From Chrysomallon squamiferum (lineage: Eukaryota; Animalia; Mollusca), in assembly GCA_012295275.1 (NCBI GenBank), contig CM022665.1:26846001-26910000 (forward strand): a stretch of DNA of 64,000 bases, read 5' to 3'. Positions within the stretch are counted from its first letter, which is position 1. Each line of letters starts with the position of its first letter. The notes under the pieces are model-generated. The model was not told where the DNA came from. It was given only the letters and a program-made list of their open reading frames with translations, and did no database searches. The position numbers and the translations under genes were made by a program. Of the stretch, positions 1-13,800 are shown in pieces.

Positions 1-327
1 AGTGATTGAGATAAATTTCAAGATAAAAAATTCAAGAAAAAACCCTGTTTTTATCATTATTTAGTTAGAGACATGCATCCCTGCTTGACAACCACAGAAT
101 ATGTATATTGATAACAATATTTAAAACGTATGAGTTAGATTTTTAAATAACACAATAGTAAAGTGCCTATGTATATTTTTATTTTGTTCCATGTCAGTAT
201 TAATATTTATGTTTTTAGAGTAAACTGTGATAAACAAAATCTAATATATTATTTACCACCATGTGGAATAAAATTTTAATAATGTAATATACTTAATATA
301 GATCTCACTTGAGACTTTGTATTGTTC

Positions 328-330
<3 letters not shown>

Positions 331-398
<68 letters not shown>
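331..398 (+). repeat. Compound (TC)n-(CA)n microsatellite
   Basis: Directly visible. Confidence 0.95.
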
Positions 399-400
<2 letters not shown>

Positions 401-2010
401 TACATATATGTCTGTCTTTCTCTAACTCACTCATACCCATCCATACAGGTCAAACAAAAATATCTTCATTTAATGTTCATCTTAAAGTGCACCTTTGGTG
501 GTATGACCAGGTAACTTAAATACATTTTACATTCCAAATGATTGTTTCATTTGCAGCGTCTGACCATATTTGTCAATAACAAAGTAAGGCAAAAATCAGC
601 CACCATAATCCATTATTGTTATTTTGTTGTCATTATTTATTATTAACACATTTTTGTTGCCTGTTATTATCCCAGAGAAATGTGGTAATCAGAAACCCTT
701 AATCACCTGATATATATTCTTACTGAATTAGTAAATTGAGCTGATAATATAGCAAAATATAATTACTATGCAGCCAAAACTATTTTTGTCAGTGACATGT
801 GTGTTTAAACTTCTATGTACCCCCAAATGTTCTCATTAAATCTGTTTGACGTTTTGTTATTTATGTTTTTTATCTGTGATAATACTGAACAAATTTTATT
901 TAAAAAAAAAAAAAAAAAAAAGGTCTTTTACAGTATATCTATATTAGATTTCTTGCTTTTGTATATAAATCTTTGTATTTTCTATTATTATATACTTTAT
1001 TAGAATTGTCAACTTCACCATAAATGGGGAAATGCTTTATTTACATATTTTTGCCTTATTTATTAATATATACTGAATGTGTTATTTAAATAACTCCACT
1101 TAATTGTGATATATACATTTTTATAAAATATTATAATTCTGAAATTGTTTTGTTTGTTGTTTCTATAACAAATAGTTAATTATGTTTAATTATAAACAGA
1201 ACAGAATTGTTTTGAAAAACCCATATATAGTTACATTTATTTTATTTTTAAGTTGTCCCATTTTATGCTCATTAATTTATTTGCATCAGAATGGAAGAAG
1301 AAAAGAAAATGAAAAATTGGTCAAATGAGTATACATGAAGTGGTTTTTGAAAAAAAATTATGCTTTGATTAAAATCATTGCAGTTGAGGTTTTATCATGT
1401 GTTACATAATATAGTTACATTTGATGACAAACATTGCATTAAATAGCTGAGGAAGGTAAAAGACAGCAGTGTTTTTTATTCAGTATGAATGTTAACTTCA
1501 TTTATGTAGGAAGTACCAGGAACATTTTCATTAATTTAATGTATAAAAATCATTTTGAACCAAAGGGAAATGAATATGAAAAATTGATCTCAAGTGATAA
1601 TAAAATTTTATAAGAAAACTGTTTTTCCTCAGTTATTTTGAAATTTAAAAAAAAAAAAGAAAAAAGATTTGTAGGTTATAGCTTTTTTGTCTTCCATCCC
1701 CCTTTTGCAATAGTTTTTAAGCTGTTGTTTGCAGGATAGTAATTTTATTAAAACTTGTTGCCTTTTAGTTAAAGGTACTAATAAAAAAAAACTCTCTATA
1801 ATTACTTAAATTTATGTTATTTCCTGAAATTTTAAGCTAATACCATGATCACTATTTTGAGGTGAAGCTGTTATTTTTCTCAGGCTAGTTGTTTAAATTT
1901 GTAGAAAATCTTAAACTTTAAATGAAAATAAATCACAACATTTTGTTGTTGTCAGAGGAATATAACAAAAGACAGTTTTGAATAATGGTGTATGACATAA
2001 TGGAACAATA

Positions 2011-2383
2011 TGTGACCCATCATAATGAATCAGGTCTTATGCTGCATTTTGGCTGATTGGAATTCCAAACACTTTCAGGTTTCTGACTCCATAAGCTTCT
2101 TTTTGATAGCTCATTCATCCATGCCTGTATCATATGTATTTCCATATATGTAAAGACAAATTAGAGAGTGTCTTGCATAAAATAAGTGTTCATAAAAGTG
2201 CTCTAAAAAACAGCTTAGGATTAATTCTGTCTCTGGATCAGAGAGATAAAGTATATACTAGTATATAAAACTATTTTTAACAAAATATCAAAACTTGAAA
2301 ATATTTGTTACTCCACTGTTGCTGACTAAAGCTTGACATATTGGCTGTGTGACATAAAACCTGGTTCACTGTGACAAGTCACA
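2011..2383. mobile_element. MITE-like non-autonomous DNA element with about 33-bp imperfect TIRs (TGTGAC...GTCACA)
   Basis: Left end tgtgacccatcataatgaatcaggtcttatg; reverse complement of right end tgtgacttgtcacagtgaaccaggttttatg; no ORF; TSD not clean. Confidence 0.65.
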
Positions 2384-2433
2384 TTATTACATCAGTGTAT
2401 ACCTGTGTTTATTTATGAAATAATAACAACATT

Positions 2434-2458
2434 AATAAAAGTTCTGAAAGTATTTATT
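2434..2458. terminator. Opposed polyadenylation signals (AATAAA on + at 2434-2439; on - at 2453-2458)
   Basis: The hexamers sit where strand composition switches from T-rich (left) to A-rich (right); AATAAA is common in AT-rich DNA. Confidence 0.4.
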
Positions 2459-4579
2459 AATTTTATTCTGAATCTTTTTTTTTATATTAAAAATCCTTTA
2501 AATAATAACAACTTAATGTTTTCAGCACACAAAAACTTAAATTACAAATAACATTATAAATATGTTTTAATTATAGACTCAAAAATATATATTTGCATAA
2601 ACAGAACGATAAAATATTATAAATATCACAATTTAAAATAAATAAGTATACAGAAATCACTATTTCAGCAGTATAAATTTAATAAATATTTATTTATGGA
2701 CCAGACCATTGGTAATTACATATGCACAAAAACACATATCTTTAAAAATATCAAAATAGCTATTAAAATCTTGGAGTAAAAAAACCCAACAAACAAATAA
2801 AATCCACTAAACATTAGCAAATTAAATGATTGATAATACCATATGTAATATTTTAGACTGAATGCTAGAAGTATTATTACGATGAAAATCCAGAAGTAAG
2901 AGCATTTGCTATGATATTTTGTATTAGTTTTTGGTTTCTAAAATATCTACTAGACAAATATACATCTTCAACAGTGTTATTCATATAACTTTAAATTCTT
3001 TTTGGTAAACTGCATACACTAACGTAATAAGAAAACACAACAATTAAAATACCCAACATCAAACAAACACTTCTGAGCTCCCGAAATATGAAAACGACAA
3101 CAATGGAAACAAAAAACATACCCCAGACATTTGAAATAGTAAACATGTAAAAAATATATAAAAATACACAATTTACCTATTTTAATATTTTGGCAAATGT
3201 TTAATGCTGTACAGTGTATCACAGTTCAGAATCAGGTTTGTTTTTGCTTGTGTTGCTGATACATAAAATCTGTTTTACTGCCTCAAAGTTAAAACACTCA
3301 TGAAAAATAACACTAATTATCAAGCAATATGTCTCAGTATCAAATTTATGTTCTGATTATTTTAATGTCAAGAACTTTCCACAGAAGCACATAAAGAACA
3401 TTTAATTAAGATAAAATATCAATTCAGCACAAACAGTGCTCAGCAATCTTTAAATAACTAGAAAACATAAAAATAAAAGGATGTAACTTTAAATAGATCA
3501 AACAGTATATCACAAATTACAACTGAAACACACACACACACACGCATACAAAAGCAGATATATATTAATAGTCCAGTAATATGTCAAAAATTACAACTGA
3601 AACACGCACCTAGAATCACATTTAAATATGCACACACACAGAAAAACACAGAGATTTATGCACATAAAATTCTATCAGCCACAATTATAAAAATAAAAAA
3701 TGTACATTTTTAATTTATGTCAACTGTCAGTAATATATTCAGTATCAGTGTACATGTATTATGAAATTTGTATGACGCTGGTTATCAGTCTCAGTCTTTA
3801 GGAAAACAAACCTCCTAGTATGTGCATTAATATTTCTTTTCTTGTTTTTATAAAAGATTATCTGAGGGGGGAAAAAACAATCCAAAAATTTAAGTTAGTT
3901 TCATGGACTACATATCATAAAAATTGAGATTTCATACAGATATTCATAAAAACCTACTGAAATAGTTTAATAAAAGAATTATAATAATTATTTTTATTAT
4001 GTACAGTCTAAACATAACATTTGTTTATTTTGAACTACTATATTTATTTCTGATGTTGAAGTCAACATTTTTAGCCTAAGCTACATTCTTCAACATGCTG
4101 AACAAATCTCAGGAGAATGAATATCATTCTTTCCAGATGAAATCTGAAATATGTATTATCTATTAATATAGACATAAAAAAAAAATCTTTATAATGTCTA
4201 CTGAATTCTTCTCAAACTATTACAGTCAAAGGTAGGTATATATCAGGGGTAGAATAATCATACTCATGTAAAATTATTCTTGTAACAGTTTGAGATATTC
4301 ATGTAAACTTTGAACAGGTAATCCCCTACTTATGACTAGGTTACATTCTGAACATAGCTCAGAATGGAGGTTACTAGGAGTTTACTAAAGTTTCTTTGTT
4401 TATTAATTAAATATCACCCACCATTTTCTATTTCTATTACTTGTACTGTAAGGAAATGTACCACAGTCATTATTCATCATTTCTCTCTCGTTTTGTTTTC
4501 AGTCATGTTCTTTACTATGGGTGGACATAAGTCAGAAAGGTTATAAATAGGGGACAAGCTGTAGTAGATAAATGTCATT

Positions 4580-4831
4580 TTATTCATCAAGCTGACACAA
4601 CATGGCCACTCCTCTCAGTATCCAGAAGTCTGGTGGCTGGACAGAGGGTAGGTCAACTGAGGACACAAAGTTGGTGGAATGACCAGTGGATGAAAGAGTG
4701 CCCGCTCTAGTGGAGGTGCGGTAGAGTGGACATTCGTAAGTCTGAGATGTTTCGTTCTCTGTCACCTTGTTCTCTTCAGTGTCAGTCTTTTCTGTAGGTT
4801 GCCCAGCAACTGAACCGAGAACGTTTGGAAT
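4580..4831 (-). CDS. Dynein HC terminal coding exon E80
   Basis: YECPLYRT...GHSTNFV...[15 protein letters not shown], then stop TAA at 4580-4582. Confidence 0.96.
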   Translation of the reverse strand: MPNVLGSVAGQPTEKTDTEENKVTENETSQTYECPLYRTSTRAGTLSSTGHSTNFVSSVDLPSVQPPDFWILRGVAMLCQLDE

Positions 4832-7800
4832 CTGTAAGAATAACATTCAACATAATTTGAAAATTGTTATTTAATATAAAAATAATGTAATTTAAATATA
4901 GCACAAACAATATTTGTCAATACAGTAATAAGGTTTTTAGGAAATCTCATCTCTTACATATAATTTGAATATTATTATTTAATATAAAATTTGTTTTATT
5001 TATGACACAAGCAAACTTTTATAGATTGAATGAATAATAATTTTTTTTACATAATAATAATGTTTTTAGCACATCTTAACTCTAAAACATATCTTGAATA
5101 TTATTATTTAATAGAAAAATTATGTTACTTATTTATGACAATAGCAGTAACTTTAAAATAAATAAGTTTTAAATTAGTAATAATTTGTTTATGACATCTT
5201 AATTATTATAATAACAGTTTCTGTCTATTTACTTGGAAAAAGACACAAAATAAATCCTGTACAAAGTGAAGACATTACAAATTATTTTTCAGCCTTTAAT
5301 ATATAAATATAACAAATTTTTAAATAATGTTAAAATTATAGAAATAATTTGATGAAATATCTTTAAAAAAAAAAAAAAAAAATTTCAGTTTAACTTTACT
5401 TGTCATTATTTCCAAGTAGACAACTATTAATAATTTTTCAGGACATTTTACATATAGATTTACTAAAATAACTTTTATTTGAAAGACCTGTGCAGGCATG
5501 AAGTGTATCTCAGGAATACAGCAGAATCTGTGACCAGGCTGGAGATCTTGAAGTGAGTAAGTTATAGGATCCCATCTAGCTCCATCTAGGAAAAGTCCAA
5601 AGATGAGCACACCATCCTCAGGAGAGTGGTTAGGCTGAAACAATATCAAAAAGTAAAACTGACTATTTGTTTGAAACGAGACTAAATCATTCTCATGTCT
5701 TAAACAGAAAACTGTCACAGATGAAGATACTGTTGTCAGTAAAGCATTGTTGGGCTGAAAGTAGATTACAAATATTATTGAAATGAAACAGTACCAACAT
5801 TTTTGTGTAGATTTCACTGTATTCATTTATCATCAGTCTCAGTTATTCTTATGTATTCAACAGAAAAAAAAAAACAAGTAAAAATGAGGACACCATCATA
5901 AGGAGAGTGGTAAAGCTGAAACAAGACTGAACATAGTTACTGAAATAAAAATATTTAAGTTTAATAGTTACTCTAATTATTTATCATTAGACTCACTCAG
6001 ACTTACACAGTCAACAGGAAACTACAAAATGAAAACAATTTATAGACTGAAACAAAAAAATATATATATTTCAAAATAAATTTGTAGTGACTAATCATTT
6101 AACAAGACTGAGATGGTCTTGTATGTTCAACAGGAAAAGACCAAAGATGAAGTGAATTCAACCTAAATTACTGCAAAGCAAAAACAAAATTGAAAATAAC
6201 TACTGAAATACAAACAAAATATATTTCACAGTAAGCTTGACTGAAGTTAACATATTTATTTAACATGAGAGAGTCAGTCAGTTTTACATGTTCAAGAGAT
6301 CTAAAACAAGGATTCATTTTTTTTTTTTTTTATAATTATAAAAAACTCACAGAAAATGCTGTCTGCCTGATGCTGAGGTTTTGTGAATATTTCAGTGGAT
6401 CTTCTTCAAGTGTAGTTTTCACTGGCTGCACAATGTATTCAAATGTGAGAGAATCTACAGAAATACCCAACTTCCTGGCATGATTCTGAGACACTGCAGT
6501 GAGAAAACCTGCACAGAAAATAACACAAATAATTAAATAAATAAATGTATCAGTGTACATTTAATGTTAACTCTGTATGAACTGTTAATATAACAGAATG
6601 CAGTTCTATGTTCTGGGTATCAGTTTTGTTTATATTATAAATGTTATCTTGTTACATAGTGAGACTTTTCTAATAAAGCCATAGACACATAAGTGAAAAA
6701 ATTGTTCTTGTATTATGGTTCTACCTTCTTTTTACAAAATGAGACTGAGCAAACTATTCCCTTAAGTAATTATGTATTTTAAATTATCTTAGACTAGATT
6801 ATCTTCTATAGTGATAATATATTGACACAACAGACCAAAATAATTGAACACATATATAATAACTCTATACCATCTTTTTAATTAACCACTGAAAAACAGA
6901 TCTGAACTTAGCAAGTCATTCTGTCATCTTAACAATTAACATGCTTCCCAAACTTTGTTTAATCAATTCCTGAAGATTAAATTTTATATCATTTTATCAC
7001 TGAAACAAATTACTGCAAGTCAGTTTCCATGTAAATATGGAATGCTTCCAAATGTGATAAATGGTTTGTAGTATTTTTTGTACTGTTCTTTTTTTCTTTT
7101 TTTTAAAGTTATTGAATATATTAGAATAAAACAAAGCAGTAATTTTCTGCTCTGATGTGACAATCGTAAAGACATTTCTGACATATAACATCCTGTATGT
7201 TCACGAACCTTGTGGAAAGTAGAATCCAGGTAACCAAAAACTGTAAGGCTCAATAGGGTATGTTTCTTCTTCTTCGATATCTGGAGAGACAGTTGACAGG
7301 GTTCCTGTTGAAGGAGGTTTGCTGGTACTGATGAGAGTCTTAAACTTCTTCTCTATTGAACTGATAATACGCTCAGCCCACAGAGAAAAAAAATCCACAC
7401 GGTTTCTTAGATCTTTTACCCATGATGCCAGAGGTTTTCGGGATTCATAAGCAACCATCTAGAAAGTGATAATTTCTAATTGTTTTTATAGTGCTTTTAA
7501 TATTACAAATCAAAAATTAAATTTGTGGTTAAAAAAATAAAGGTTTATTAATCAGAATTTGCTGTGATTTTTGTTTTTTCATATTTTAATTAAGGAACAG
7601 AAAATAAACAAAAAATCTGCTGATGCTGGTAAAAACAAAAAAACAAAACAAACAGCAATAAAACAAAAACCAAACAAACAAACTCTGTTCTGTCTTCTTT
7701 TCACTAACCATTACAGAAGATTAAAATATGTCTGTCTTTGGCAAACAATCCCTGAAACAAGAAGAAACATTAATAACGGCCTTACACCTCTGTAAGTAGG

Positions 7801-10800
7801 AAAAATAATGAGTCTTAAGTCCAATTATCTAACCACTTCACTTCCAAGTGACTGGTACTAGTACTACAAACAACTATAAATACAATGTTGATGCTAGGGA
7901 TGACTGGAAAAACTGGACTGTCGAAACTTGGTGCTGATATAAATTTTACCTTCCATTGTACTGGAACTTTCTGAGTGAGCAAGGCCTTGTATGCATCCTC
8001 CAACAAGTCAGACATGATGATCTCTCCTTTAACAGCTTGCGTGAGATGTGACAAAGACTTGTGTATGACACTTAACAAGATGTTGAAACGATCAATCTCC
8101 TGTCGCAACACAGTGATCAGTGCAGAGTTTCCTAATACAAAGTCTGTGGCCTGTTGTAGAGCTGAAGTTAAAATACAGTTTAAAGTTTAATTTAGACTTA
8201 TTATATTTTACCCCCTGATAACTTTAAATTTTTAAATTTTTCCCCTCAGTTCATTAACAATTTGTGTAAAATAAAAAAATCATAAGATCAAAGACTTGGA
8301 TACATTCCAGTATCTCCTAAGAATATTTTTAAAGTCTTGAATACATTATATCATCTCCTAAGGATATTTTCAGACTTGGATACATTACATTATCTTTTAA
8401 TAATATTTTTGAAGCATTCAATACACTGCATTATCTCTTAACAATATTCTGGATGCAGAATTACATCATCTTCTAACAATATTTACCCACTAATTCAACT
8501 CACCTATTTTGTCCTTTTCCTTTAACCTGAGGTCAGCAGCACTCTCCTTCAGAATAAGGCTTTTTAGTGTGTAGTCTGGCAGAACTCGTCCTTTCCGAAT
8601 TGTGTCACTGTCTTCTGTGTCCTCAATACTTTTTGGAAGATTTCTCATAATCTCTGCTGACACATCAAGGACAATTTCATCATTTGACTTCTGAGAACTA
8701 GAAAAAAAAAACAGTTATTTTTTCGGATTTATATATGCATGATGGTCAAAAATATTTTAATTATTTGGATATATTTTAATATAACCATTATAATTTCATC
8801 TTTGGACTTATTATCATGCTCATTAACATAGATGGATTTTCTTTACAGAAATATAATTACCCTGTGAGACCAACATAGATACGAGGCTGAACACTGACAA
8901 TGATATCTATAAATTCCCCAGCCTGGATTTCTCTGCAGGTTTTCTCTGCATTGTCTGTCATGCCAAGCATGTCTGGGTATTCGTAGTTAGGTAGTTCTTC
9001 AACATACTCTATGACATCTGTCAGTGTGTAGTGTTCTGGTATTGATCGGTACCGCTACAATTAATGTCAAAAATAGTGTTATTAAAAAAAGAATAAATAA
9101 ATATATATAAAAATATAAATAAATAAATAAATCTGTGAATGAAGGAATAAAAATAAATAAATAAATAATAATAAAGAATTCTGTTTATTCACATTTCTGG
9201 TATCTTATTATACATATAAATATTTTTTGGTATTTCAAAACAAGCTAACAGGTATGAAATATTTTGTTTCATTGTTTTATTACCTATTAAAATACCATAT
9301 ATGATAAAATAACAGGTAGAAAATAGATATAAAATATAAAATTAATATTTAATAGTAACAGTAGTATATTTTTACAGTGATATTAGTAGTAATAGTAGAA
9401 ATATTAGTTACAGCAGTACTAACATTATAGATAAAACATATGGAAGCTGATGCATATTAAATATTTTGTAGAAAGAAAGAAAAAGGTATTTAAGAAATTA
9501 AAAATAACTGATATGGATGCAGTGAACAATGTTATTTTGAATTATTAATGAAGATCAGTGTCCTTTGACAGGCAGTATATCACCAAAGTAAATCCAACAG
9601 ACAAAAAAAAGAAAAAAAAAAGAAGAAAAATCAGATCTGTGAACTCACTCCATCTGCTGAGAAAGTATGGTCATCTCTAAGAATGTCTTCACAATAAAAC
9701 CTTCCCAGCATGCTTAGTAGACATCGTCTGTCCCAGTCGTCTGTCACACGACCACCAAAGGTTACTTCCCCTGTCAAGTAACGAAGAGCTGCCCATGGAA
9801 CAGTGTCTTGTTCTTCCAGTAACATTTGAAGTTTTAACATAGCAACCTAAAATTTAAATCAGTTCTGAATAAAAATAACCTACAATCTTAGATTTCATAC
9901 AAATAAATTCTGTACTTGATTTTGTAAAATGATAATTAATTAATTTAAAAAATAAATAAATAAATAAATAAATAAATACATCAAGTTTCATTTTAAATTT
10001 TTAAAATTTATTGTCTTATGAAGACAACAAAATATAATAGATTAAAAAAAAAATATATATATATATATACACACACATATATTTTCTAAACCTACAACTA
10101 CAATTTGAAAAATATTTAAAAAAAGAAAAAATGAAGAAAAAAACTGAGTCATCCGTAATAATAGGTTTTAAAAATATCTCCAGTTTGCTATACAGATCTC
10201 ACCTCTAAGTCAGAATCATTGAATTCATAAGGAATGTTCCAGCCGAGAGTTCCATATTTCCTGCGTTCCAGAATTACACTGTTAAACAGACACAGACTGA
10301 AGAGCAGTCTGCGCCACTCTGGCTTTTTAACTCCTTCATTGTAGAGTTCTTCTGTCACTATTCCTGTACCTCCACTCCCAAACATTCTCTGCATGTTGTT
10401 CTTAATTCCTTGTGGAGATTCCACAGTCATCTAAAACACAATGGTTCCATTAAACACATCTCAATCTGAGACTTCACATTAGACTAACTGTAAGATTTGT
10501 CATGCATTTATTTTGTATATTACTTATAGATAATTTCCATATTTTAAAGTCTCTTCTTAATACTTTTGTAAGGTACTTTAAATAATGTTATTAATTAATT
10601 AAAATACATGGCAGCAGTAGATATTAATGTTAAACTTTAATAATATTAACTAATACAAATAATAATCCCTCGTAATAGCTGGCATTCATGTAGCTAACCA
10701 GTGTTTATTACTAATATTAAATAATTGATAACATAATGCCTAATTGTAGAATTAAAATAGTAAAAAATTAATATGGAATTAATAATATATCATGTTTCTT

Positions 10801-13800
10801 TGAATAATTAATATGACAAAAACGGATGTTGACATAGTAAAGCAGCCAATAATGTAACTAACCAGCACTTATTATTAATAAACTGATATGTCATGACTCT
10901 TTGTAGAAATAAGATGGCAAAACATGGATATAAATATAATAAATATGAATATTAACATTATTAACCAGTACTTATTATCAAGAAACTGATGTTATGATGC
11001 TTTGTAGAATTAAGAAAATCAAGAAAATGGATGTGCACATCGCAAAGTAGGCAATAATGTAACTAACCAATATCTGTTATAAATAAACTGATATGTCATA
11101 CCTGAAGGGCAAAACATAGATCTGAATACAGTAAATTAAAAAAAAGAAAACAAAAGGAAAAAGGCATTATTATAGTTAACCAGTACTTATTATTTATAAA
11201 ATAAAATGTCATGCCAGGGTGTGGACTGAAATAGGAAGACACAGATTTGGCCATGCATTTAACATGTACATTTTATCAATAAACTCATACCTTCATGCCT
11301 GTTTGTAAGATAGAGATAGGAAAACATGGATCGGGTTTTGAACTCAACCAAAGTCTGAACTGAGGATCAATGTCAGCACTGTTTTCATTGAATCTGAAAT
11401 GTAACTCGGAGGTTTATTGAAAACATCTTACACTTGTTTACATTAACAAAATGACTTTATTTACAGGTTGCAAGGAATTTAGAGTTGAAACAAAAATGTT
11501 CTTTTTTTTTTTTTTTTTTTTTAATTAACTGGCAAATGTGATGAATGAAAATTAAAAATTAGCAAAAATGTCTCCAAATTTGAAATTACTGAATAGAAAA
11601 CATGAATTTAAGTTTTTAAACAAAAAGAAAAAGAAAAAACACCTCAACAAAAATCCATATCAAGCACAATGTCTAACAATCTGACTGAATCTAAAAGATC
11701 TAGAATATAATCATATTTTCAAATTTTTGTTAAAAAACCACACACTGCTCATATCACTCTTGTTCATTTTATTAAAAATGTAGCTAATGATTTCTTGGAC
11801 AAGATTTTAATTAAATAAAACTCTGTATATGAAATGATTCTTATTTACAGCTAGCTTCAATTCTGGAAAACCCAGACAAGTAGGAAACTTTTAAAGAATA
11901 CTTTTGAACAATGGCCTGCAGTCTTGGCATCCATGAAGCAGCTAAATGACAGTTCTGCAGAAACACCCATCTTCCCTTCAATATCTGAGCTTTAGAAATG
12001 AGTTCTTCTGCCTTGGGACCTTGACCTCGACCCAGAGATATCATGTCCAGATGTAAGGTGTTGCCTCGCAGTTCCTTTGCAAATCGCAACAGCTGGGTTG
12101 CTGGGTCACAGCCTAAATTTCAGAAATTAATCATAAAATGATAAAATGACTTAACTGCAAAATGTTGGAGGTAGTAGTAAATATATGAATCTGAAAGTAA
12201 TCATTATAACAATAACAATAATAACAACAACAATAATAATAATAATAATAACAATATAATAATAATAATAATAACAATATAATAATACAATTTTTATATT
12301 AACACTGGGATATTACCTGGTGACAAAATGAAGATAAGTGGTGTTTTAGCCTTGGAATCTTCATACACTTCTTTGAGGTCAAAAGCTCCAGTAGACAGGT
12401 ATTTTGGACCAAGCTGTTCATTGATAAACTTCCCCACGGATTCTGACAGCATATCCAGTCTTAAAATCTTGATAAGGATAAGTCTCTCAAAACAAGATAA
12501 CTTCTCCCAGTGGAAAATAATTCCAGTTTGAGTGGGTATAGTCTCGTCCTCTTTTTCTTCTTCCATTTTCTCCTTCTCAGACTCCTTTTCATCTTCCTTT
12601 TTCTCCTCCTTCTGAATTTCTTTTTCATCTTCCTTTTTCTCCTCCTTCTGAATCTCTTTTTCATCTTCCTTTTTCTCCTCCTTCTGAATCTCTTTTTCAT
12701 CTTCCTTTTTCTCTTCCATCTCAGGCTCCTTTTCCTCCTCCTCAGTCTCCTTTTCTTCTTTTTTTTTCTCCTCTTCCTCTAACTCCTCTTCCTGTTTCTT
12801 TTCTTCTGTTTCCTCTTCTTTTTTCTCTTCCTCTTCCTCTTCCTTTTCTTCCTCTTTTCATAAGAAAAAGCAAGGAGTAAACAAACAAATCAGTGTTATT
12901 AAAGAAATAATTAGAAGTTACACTCTGGTTCATATTATTAACAATTAGTTTACTGAAAGTCAGTTTTACATAATGCAAAACTATATTATAGCTAATTCTC
13001 TGCATGTTTTCTGTTTGTTTATGGGAAGGATAAAGAATTCATTAACATAATTTGATCCTTCTTAAACTGTCACTGATTTAACACTCATATACATATATTC
13101 ATTAATTCATTAAATTATTCAGTTAGTATCACAGAATAATGAAAGTAGAATTTGCCTTAAAACAATAACCACAGAAAAATAATCTCTCTTTGCTAACAAG
13201 TTTTAAGCTTTAGTCTCTGAAGCTAACAAATAATTTAGGTATTTCTGAGATTACGAGTAACAGTTTATCATGCTAATAGTTGTAGGGTTCTCCACTAACT
13301 TATCTGTAACAAATTACATTGCTAATAGTTGTTACTGACTATATTTGAGATTATGTTTCATGGGTTTTGTACAAAATCACCTGTACCAAAGTTTAAAACT
13401 GACAGGGTTATCTTTGTGATTATTTATATAAAGAAACAACCTGTAACTAACAAGTTCCATGAAGTTACCTGGAACAAACTTTGTAGCTAGCAGATTATAA
13501 GGGTCATCTGTGGCTATGAAGGCATTCCACTGGGCAGTGCAGGTGATTATACTGCGACACAGTTTGTCAAACACTGATAGTGTGGCATCGAGATGTTGAC
13601 ACTGCAGCCACATGTTTCCAGTGATCCACTTTGGAGGAGTCTTGTGTTTTGAAGATTCCTTGTCACCAGCTGCAGCCTGAGATTCCAGTCTTTCCATTGG
13701 AGAGAGTCCTATAATAATAAAAATACATTTTGATTTGTGACATGGTTTCTAATATGAGATAGATGCTAATTCAGCTTATGATTTACACTGGCTGTCTTCC

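Noticed and set aside
317-519. ORFs with SLSLSL/HTHTHT
   Set aside because: Microsatellite translation
12461-12782. Protamine-like Arg/Lys ORF ([12 protein letters not shown]...) and antisense Phe/Leu ORF
   Set aside because: These are alternative frames of the E/K-coding 36-bp repeat; there is no independent start, splice or promoter evidence
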